A DNA stretch of 61,476 bases, counting the filler, from Platydemus manokwari (lineage: Eukaryota), in assembly GCA_037951405.1 (NCBI GenBank). It is 6 parts of 6 records of this genome, joined end to end, with 100 filler letters (N's around TTAATTAATTAA, not from the genome) between each part and the next. Parts side by side here need not be neighbours in the genome. Positions count along the whole stretch, not along the records: positions 52,070 to 61,476 come from JBBMOY011254096.1; 5 more parts are not named here. One strand, written 5' to 3'. Of this stretch, positions 53,212 to 61,476 are shown in pieces. Made by a program: the position numbers and the translations under genes. Position 1 is the stretch's first letter, and the number at the start of each line of letters is the position of its first letter. The notes under the pieces are model-generated. The model saw only the letters and a list, made by a program, of their open reading frames with translations, searched no databases and was not told where the DNA came from.

Positions 53212-54060
53212 ATGAATATTTTACCTAAAAAAAAGTACATTTTCTCGAAATTTTACTCGTTTAATATTATTAATTGTTTAGTTGGCACGTACTTAAAAAG
53301 GAGAACATTTTTAAAGTTAAGGCTGATATTGCTAATGCCAAAGCTAAAGAGGAGGAGAATTTAAGGAAAACCGAAATTTCGAATCAAGAAACTTATCTTT
53401 CTATTCTTCGAAATAAATCTAAATCTGATAATTTTAAAAGTGTTATTAAATCAGAGTTAAGCACTAGTAGCAATGATCCTCTCCATTTACAGCAGGGTAA
53501 AACTAATATCGATTATGAAACAGAAAAAAAGGTCGCTCAAGAAAAGCATGAGAAAAATATTGGCTTGCTCACTTATTTGGGTCAAAGTGTCATAGAATCG
53601 AGAGATAAAGACGAACTATGGTGGACTAAAGGTCATAAATCTTCAGATCATTTAACCGAAGAAAAGAAACGTAAGCAAGAGATTCTTTTAAAGAAAGATG
53701 ATCCTTTAGAAACTATACTTTCCCATCAAAATTCTATTGATAAATATAAAATTTCAAAGAAAAATGAAGAACTAAAAATCAGATCGGTTAATTTTATAAT
53801 TCTCTATCTTTCATATTGAAATTGTTTAGCTACCCAAAGAAGAATTTATTCACAAAACTAAAAAATCAAAGAAAAAGTCAAAGAAGAGGCGCCATCGTTC
53901 GTCGTCGAGTGATTCTGATAGAAAGAAAAGTAAAAAATCCAAGAAGGATAAAGAAATTGTTAAATTGAGAAAGGAGCGAACAGAAAGAGAAACAATTGAG
54001 AAATCTCGAGCCGAAATGCTTTCAAGGAAATCTTATGGTGGTCGTTTGTTTCCAATTTAG
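53212..54060 (+). CDS. LENG1: Leukocyte receptor cluster member 1 homolog (Cir_N domain); exons 53212-53234, 53282-53786, 53830-54060
   Basis: MNILPKKNWHVLKKENIFKVKAD (cf. MNILPKKSWHVR.K.N..RV..D), EKNIGLLTYLGQS, DPL, KLRKERTERETIEKSRAEML. Introns of 47 and 43 nt. Confidence 0.93.
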
Positions 54061-54743
54061 CTAACGTTTAATTTTAACTTATAATTGAGTTGTGAGCGGT
54101 ATCATATTTTATATCCAAGTTCATCTTGGAAAATGCGGAAGCTTTTTATGGTGTCTAATTAGTTTTCGCTGTTTTAAATCAAAACGTACTCAATTATCAT
54201 TGGAAAATATTCAGTTTCATTTGCATTTTGATTATAATAATAAAAGATTTTTTATTGTTAGATTTCGATTCATGAACGATAACGTTGTTAACATGAATTA
54301 AGTTAAATATTTTTTAATCTGGTGATAGTATCGATATAAATTGATGCATTAATAATCCTGGAATAATTTTTAAAAAAACATTACTTTGTCAGAGTTTCAA
54401 ACTAACAATAAAATATAGAACTTAAAATATATAAGAATAGACAGTACAATAAATATATTCAACATTTATCGCATGATTTACAATCGATACCACAATAATT
54501 TGTAATACCAGTTTTAGTTTGTCTGCTCCTAATAACTTGGAAATTTTAACGATCATATTATATTGAATGTCTGGAGTATTTCATATTCAGTATAAAATTA
54601 CAGAACAATTAGCAATATTTAGTTTCTTTACTTATACGAAAATGTTCGTCATCCATATCAAATCTTGACATATGATCTAAAAACATTTTTACATCATTTC
54701 AAAATACTCACCGAAAATCGATTAGTTAAACATTTTGCAATGT

Positions 54744-55184
54744 TTATATCATAAGCGTTGGTTGGACTTCTGCATGTCTTAAGCGAACAACACCGAATAC
54801 AGAAATCATAACAGCTAATGACATAGATGATACAGCCAATAAATATGACCACATATGTATAAATACAGATGTAAACAAAAGCATGGCGGTCACAAAAACA
54901 AATGTCGTTGAAACAAATAATATCATTTTAAACCAATGATAAGGCTCTGAATACCATAAAGAAGTCGCATAACATTGCAACAATTCCAATATAATGACAA
55001 TGAAGTAATTAATTGCAGCTATTCCTAATAAGTATTTAATGATCATTCTTTCATAATATGGAACTTGAGTGCAATCCGTGAAAATATTTCCACATCCCCA
55101 ACTTCCTGTTGAGATTGCTAATATAAGCAGTATTAAAATTGTAAATAATAATGTAAACGTGGTTAATCGAGTCGCAAAAATCAT
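54744..55184 (-). CDS. Intronless 146-aa four-TM protein, claudin/PMP22-like topology
   Basis: Four hydrophobic segments, with SWGCGNIFTDC after TM1 (W-x-C-G...C loop); intact ATG-to-TAA ORF. Confidence 0.7.
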   Translation of the reverse strand: MIFATRLTTFTLLFTILILLILAISTGSWGCGNIFTDCTQVPYYERMIIKYLLGIAAINYFIVIILELLQCYATSLWYSEPYHWFKMILFVSTTFVFVTAMLLFTSVFIHMWSYLLAVSSMSLAVMISVFGVVRLRHAEVQPTLMI

Positions 55185-56560
55185 TGTTTTACAAATTATG
55201 TAATATTAAACTTTTTTATTAATTACTTAAATTGATTAGATTTAAAAATGTAATTTGATATGTTAGTTTAATATTTTAGTTTTTGTAGAAATAATATTTC
55301 AAGTTTTAAATTACTTATTTTTCCAAAACTAAGTAGTTTGTAAATGAAATTAAGTTATTTCATTGTAAAAATAATGAGTCAATTTCTTTTCAACCTCATT
55401 TACATTATAAATAGATGTTAGAACTTTTTCTGTTAAAATTCACCAGTATTAAATTAATTATCGGTTTAATTTATTATTGTTTGTTTCACTAATGATTTGT
55501 CTGAAACTTAAGCAGTTAGTGTGTCGACTATACTAGTAATTATTGATTAAATATGGATTTTATTTAAGTTCGTTCTGAAACTTCTGTACAATTGCTAAGA
55601 TTGAATTTAAATTTAGATTTGAAGCTTGAAACGACCAATACAATGATTCTAAATCAATTTGATGTTAGTAGCTACATGTATTTTCAATAAAAAAAATGAA
55701 AAAGAAATTATTTGAATTGATTAATAATATGTCTAAAAACCATAGTATATTAATAATGTCTATTAATTAGAAATCAGAAGAAATTTAGTTTTTCAGTTGC
55801 TTTAAGATTAGACGAAAAATTTGAATATGAAATTGGTTTAATATCATTAACATTTCTCAGTTTAATAATCATGGAAAACCAACACATAATATTTCTATAG
55901 AGCATGATAAAGCAATACTTAAATGCAAACTAATTACAAAATGATATACAAAATTTATTACTTTTGGATCTGTTTTAGAGTTCGATAATAAAAACACTGC
56001 TGGAACTTATCAGAAAATAAAAGAAATGTCTGATCTTTTATTAATGAATATTCAATAGCTTACGGAAAAGAAACAAATATTACTTATGGTTCTCCAGCTA
56101 ATAGTTCTTATGGTTATTTATATATTAAAGAAGTAAATCTGGCAATCTATTTTCCAAGATTTACTTAGGTGTGCTGTGAAAATTTAAAGAGCTCAATAGT
56201 GGGAACCACTATTCTAAATCAACTGTATTTGGGATTTCATAAACAAATATTTATTGAGGTTCATAATTTAAGGCATTACCCATACAATACATAAAGGTTT
56301 TATATAATATTTAAGGTCTACACTTCAAAAATAGTGATACTAACTGAAGCTATTCATAATAACGTACAGCTAATGTCACATCGATAAAGTTATAATATTT
56401 ATTATTTATAACTGTTACTACCCTTCCTTCCTGGCTATTAATAGTATGAATTAACTTGACTATATCCTAACCTTTGTTACGAACGCACAACATACATTCA
56501 TAATAGCAAGCAGCCATATTCATCACAACATAAATATTGATTTTATAAAATCTTAATTTT

Positions 56561-57403
<843 letters not shown>

Positions 57404-58099
57404 TCCAAATAAGTTTTTGAAAATTGAAATTGACAAATTTATGCTATGATTATTAAAACATTAAATTGTATTAATGAAAACCATACTTACAAGCTTGATA
57501 TTTGAAGACTAGTATCACAATTTAGTATTAGTTTTATAATTTTTTGTATTTAAGCTATTTGAAATTAAAGTACAACAACGATGTTTTCAATAAATGAATG
57601 ATTTCGGAAAATATTCATAAGATATAAAAAAATCATGAAGTGCTACCCAAATTAAAAATAGCAGAGTAATTGACGATTTTTGATAAATTAGTACACAGTC
57701 ATATTTACTATTGCCGTAATTTTCATACATAGTGATTAAATTCATGGAAAACTTGTGATTATAAATTATTCCCTGCAGGTAATTTTATTGTTTCCAATTC
57801 AACATCCTGTGTATTTTAATTTTTACTTACAGGGTTCACACGAAAAGTTTATCAAAAAATAAATTTCATGAATAAATAAATCTTCACAAAATGGTAAAAA
57901 TTATCATAAAAATAGGATTAAAGTTAATAAATAATTTATTATAATTTTAAATTTGTGTGCACATTGATAATTTCTTATTTTCAGTTCAAAACAAATCTGT
58001 GGAAATTGTATATATAAATTATATGTTTAAATGGAGGTCCACCACTGCCTCTCAAAATTAGGCCATCAACATGACACTATAATCTATTTAAAGTGAATC

Positions 58100-58440
58100 A
58101 CCCATAAAGTCAAGTAAAAAGTCATTGGTTAACAAAACACCACTCTCATCTAATGGTATTGCAATGAAGCCATCAACAAACTTGATCAAGGTGTCATCAT
58201 TAACATCGTTTTTTTCGGAGCCTACTCAAACTGCATGATTTCCATTAAGTCAGATGTTTTGATATAACTGCAAAGAGATTTCATTATCCAGGATTATAAA
58301 GGAAGTTGAGTTTTTTAAAGCCCTGTGTTTGACGATTTCCTTAATTTTATCTCACCGCATCTTACTTCTGTAATAATGTTTTAAGTAGGAGTATAACCAG
58401 GTAAGATCATCTTTAAGAGACCCTGGTTGGAGTTCATTCA
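58100..58440 (-). mobile_element. Degenerate LINE reverse-transcriptase fragment
   Basis: LTWLYSYL (cf. L.WI.SFL) and NDDTLIKFVDG (cf. IKYADD) in the correct order. Confidence 0.5.
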
Positions 58441-59079
58441 AATGAAATGTTTTAGAGATTTGATTGCAATGTTAGGAATTTAGATAATTAACAATTCAAC
58501 AAACACATTAACCGGCTGCGATATTCGTATTGGTGTATAAAAATAGTATTTTTGTATTCATTATTTTATCTGAAATAATTGATAATTTGTAAATTTGATC
58601 TAATTCATATGAATAGATTATTTATTTTGACAACTCATTGTCTGTTATAAATTGAGCAAAAGTTTGGTAATAATAATAATAATAACATACTAATGAAAAA
58701 TATAGATAAATATAATAAAATTATAATAGTGTTAAAAACTCTTTATCACTGAATAAATATAAAATAATAAATTAAATTACAGGAGAATTAATCCAAAAAT
58801 CGGACATAATTGATAATTTCAAATGGGAATTCAAAATAATATAAATAGAGCCAATAACCTTAAAGTAACGACACAACTAAACCACTAGGTAAAAGCCCAT
58901 TTATACAATCTGCGATCATTTAGAATAATTTCGTCTACAGCGTCCAAATTATTCCATTCTAGCCTCCGAATGCTAGTGATTTACTAAAAGATTATGATTT
59001 ATTTATCAAAGGAATCATTTCAGAACTGCCTGATCACCTTTCTCCCATGAAAGTGTTAATTATATTAAAATTTGAATTG

Positions 59080-59300
59080 AAAAACAAGAGCTGTATTTTC
59101 CAAAACTTATTGAATATTCCAATGGCCCATGCAATCGTTAATTTTGTAATTTCATATCATTAAAATTAATCTCTATACCTTAGATTGCTTTAGATTGAAT
59201 CCAGCTGGAGCATTAATAAATTCAAAATCCATATTAAATTGAACGCCTAATAATAATGATTTTGGTGCGATTAGTGATAATCGCCTATAAACTAGTAATT
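59080..59300 (-). mobile_element. Possible PIF/Harbinger or ISL2EU transposase fragment
   Basis: FIGD, then FN...TIAWAIGIFNKFWK, resembling FN......R..IERAFG.LK..W. Confidence 0.3.
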
Positions 59301-61476
59301 AATAAGGGTTCTTACGGGTATAACAACAAAAAATTATTCCTAAATTATTTGATCTATTCATGGATTTAATTTAATCTATAAATAGATTTTAGTCTATTTT
59401 GAATTTAATTAATGATCCTTAGCAGAAATCTTTGAAAAAATTGAAAGAAATACAATATATTATTATGATATTTGGGGTGGGTTCTTTACCCAAAAATATC
59501 CCGATAATGTCTAAACCGATACTATTTTGTGAAGCATTGATTAAATCGAACAGACAAATCAGGACAACAGATTATATTTAAATTACAATTATTTAACTTT
59601 ATAAATATTTTATGAAAACCTGATTTTAAAAGTCTTCAGATTTCAATTAATTACAAATCTTTGACTTTCTCAGAATTTGTAATTATATATGTGACAAATT
59701 CTCTAGTTATTTATCTATATAAAAATTTCTACTTCTTCTCTACTTTATATCATCTCTATATCATTTTTTTAGTAAAAGGTTTTGGAATTTTCTATCAAAG
59801 GAACAGATAAATAATAAAAAATTGATAAGGAAAATTTGGAATAGATCTGATCTTGTTTCAATAATGACTAGACAATGCGCTTTATATTGCTGAAGTCTTG
59901 AAGGCCAGTATTGTATTTGTGAGAGTGATGTACCTGCTTTCTCTAATTCCAGAGAAAGTATATATCAGCATATCAAGGATTTTGATCACTAGCCATAAAT
60001 ATAATTGAATTGGTTGGAGTAATACTTTCATTGAGCTTATAAATTTTAAATAATTCTTGTTACCTCATAAATGTGACGTATTAACTGAGACAGAGTTAAT
60101 AAAGAAAACGCTAACTATAAATAATTGTGATAGCCTTACAAATCATTAAGCATGTCATTACCAGCTTTTTAAATTTTTTTAGCACCTTAAGTTTATTGGT
60201 TTCCATTTGTTAGTTAGTTAACCTAAAGTTAAATATTTTCAATTCAAATCGAAAATTGATTATTCTTCAACAGTCATTTTGTTTAAGGCTTCTAGAAATG
60301 TTTGAAAATCCTAAATCATTTTAAAAAAGCTGAATTATAACTCACAAATACCATATTTGCAATTCATTGATCAATGTCTTATATTCTCTAACAAATATTG
60401 ATCATTTCCTAAATGAATTCTGATGATTTAAAATTTTACGACTGAGATCGGGATTTTATCAGATCGGGATATCTCATCTTATTCATATGCCATAGTGCTT
60501 TCAAAAGTCCGGATTTTTAGTTTTATAGTGCAAATAAATTTTGCAACTTAAGTCATATCAATATATTTTTGATAGTCTCTTATCTTTTGTTAATGGTATC
60601 TATTGATTTTTTCTACATGTCAGTAATGTGTTTTATTAGAAATTAATAATATTCCTACTTAATTTTAATTATCAAATTGATAACTAGTGTGTTTTAATAA
60701 ATACGCTTTTGTAAATCATTTATTTTATGTTGAAGAGCTTATTACCAAACTTTCGAAGAAACAGGAATCAATAATGAGCTTTCTTGGAAAAACATAATAA
60801 TAGCTTAATTGTTTTGTATTTTATACTCGTTCATATTTTTGAATTATGATCCAATTCTTCATATCAGAAAATTGAAAACTTTTCATGACAGGTTAAGTGC
60901 CATATAAAATACTGTAATAACTAAGTAATATAGTCATTTATTTTTAATCTATAATAAATCAACAATAAATAACACGGGAAAAACAATATATTTGATATAA
61001 ATTGTGGCACTCCGATCACAGCATATCTAATATTAGTCCAGTGATTATTGATACTTTTATTATCTTACAATTCATGATTAAAAAATTCAACAACAGTTTA
61101 TGAAAAATGAATGTAGTACTGATTAAAAACAATCAATATTTTAAATATGATATTCAATAATTTTAACAAAATGTTTGAAGAATGTTTACTGTTTTTTGAA
61201 TGACAAACATTTATTCACTTTAATCAATATCGTCATACGACAAAGCTATAGACAATGAACAAGAAGAACAAGTCAGTATATTCGTTTGATACGTAATGTC
61301 AATTTGTTCTAGGATGTATAAATCGCCACAACGACAAGGGTATGTTAAAACATTGTTTTGGATATCAAAATGCGTAATATGGATAGTATCATCAATAGTA
61401 TAAGTCTGTGAAAGAGAGTCTTGTAAAAATTTTGAATCATATTCATTTCTGGTTTCTGAATTTCTAAGTACATTCC

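Overview
AT-rich eukaryotic genomic DNA with many ~42-55 nt introns and (TAA)n/(TA)n microsatellites, most consistent with a flatworm, possibly a planarian (inference only). Five identical 100-nt spacers (44N-TTAATTAATTAA-44N) split the window into six ~9.5-11.5 kb contigs, so adjacency across them is unproven. Genes reconstructed by hand: a 3'-truncated SOGA/MTCL-like coiled-coil gene (-) with a PEAK1/MPRIP-type N-terminal C3H motif, a complete MED15-like gene (+), the first two exons of TMBIM4/lifeguard-4 (+), HAAO (-, last exon missing), LENG1 (+), an intronless four-TM claudin-like gene (-) and MRM2/FTSJ2 (-). Introns and intergenic DNA hold many TE fossils: Buster-type hAT transposase with two matching MITEs, mariner/Tc1, Ty3/gypsy, LINE RT, and Polinton polB and probable ATPase. 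I found no clear new multi-gene system. The best leads are (i) an RLE-type (NeSL/R5-like) retrotransposon 3' end between ~150-bp direct repeats next to Polinton-like DNA, (ii) a spliced unit with a 36-aa ORF starting just after the stop of the four-TM gene, (iii) the C3H-SOGA architecture, and (iv) splice-site oddities (a GC-AG intron, frequent AAG acceptors). All family assignments are from motif recognition, not database searches.
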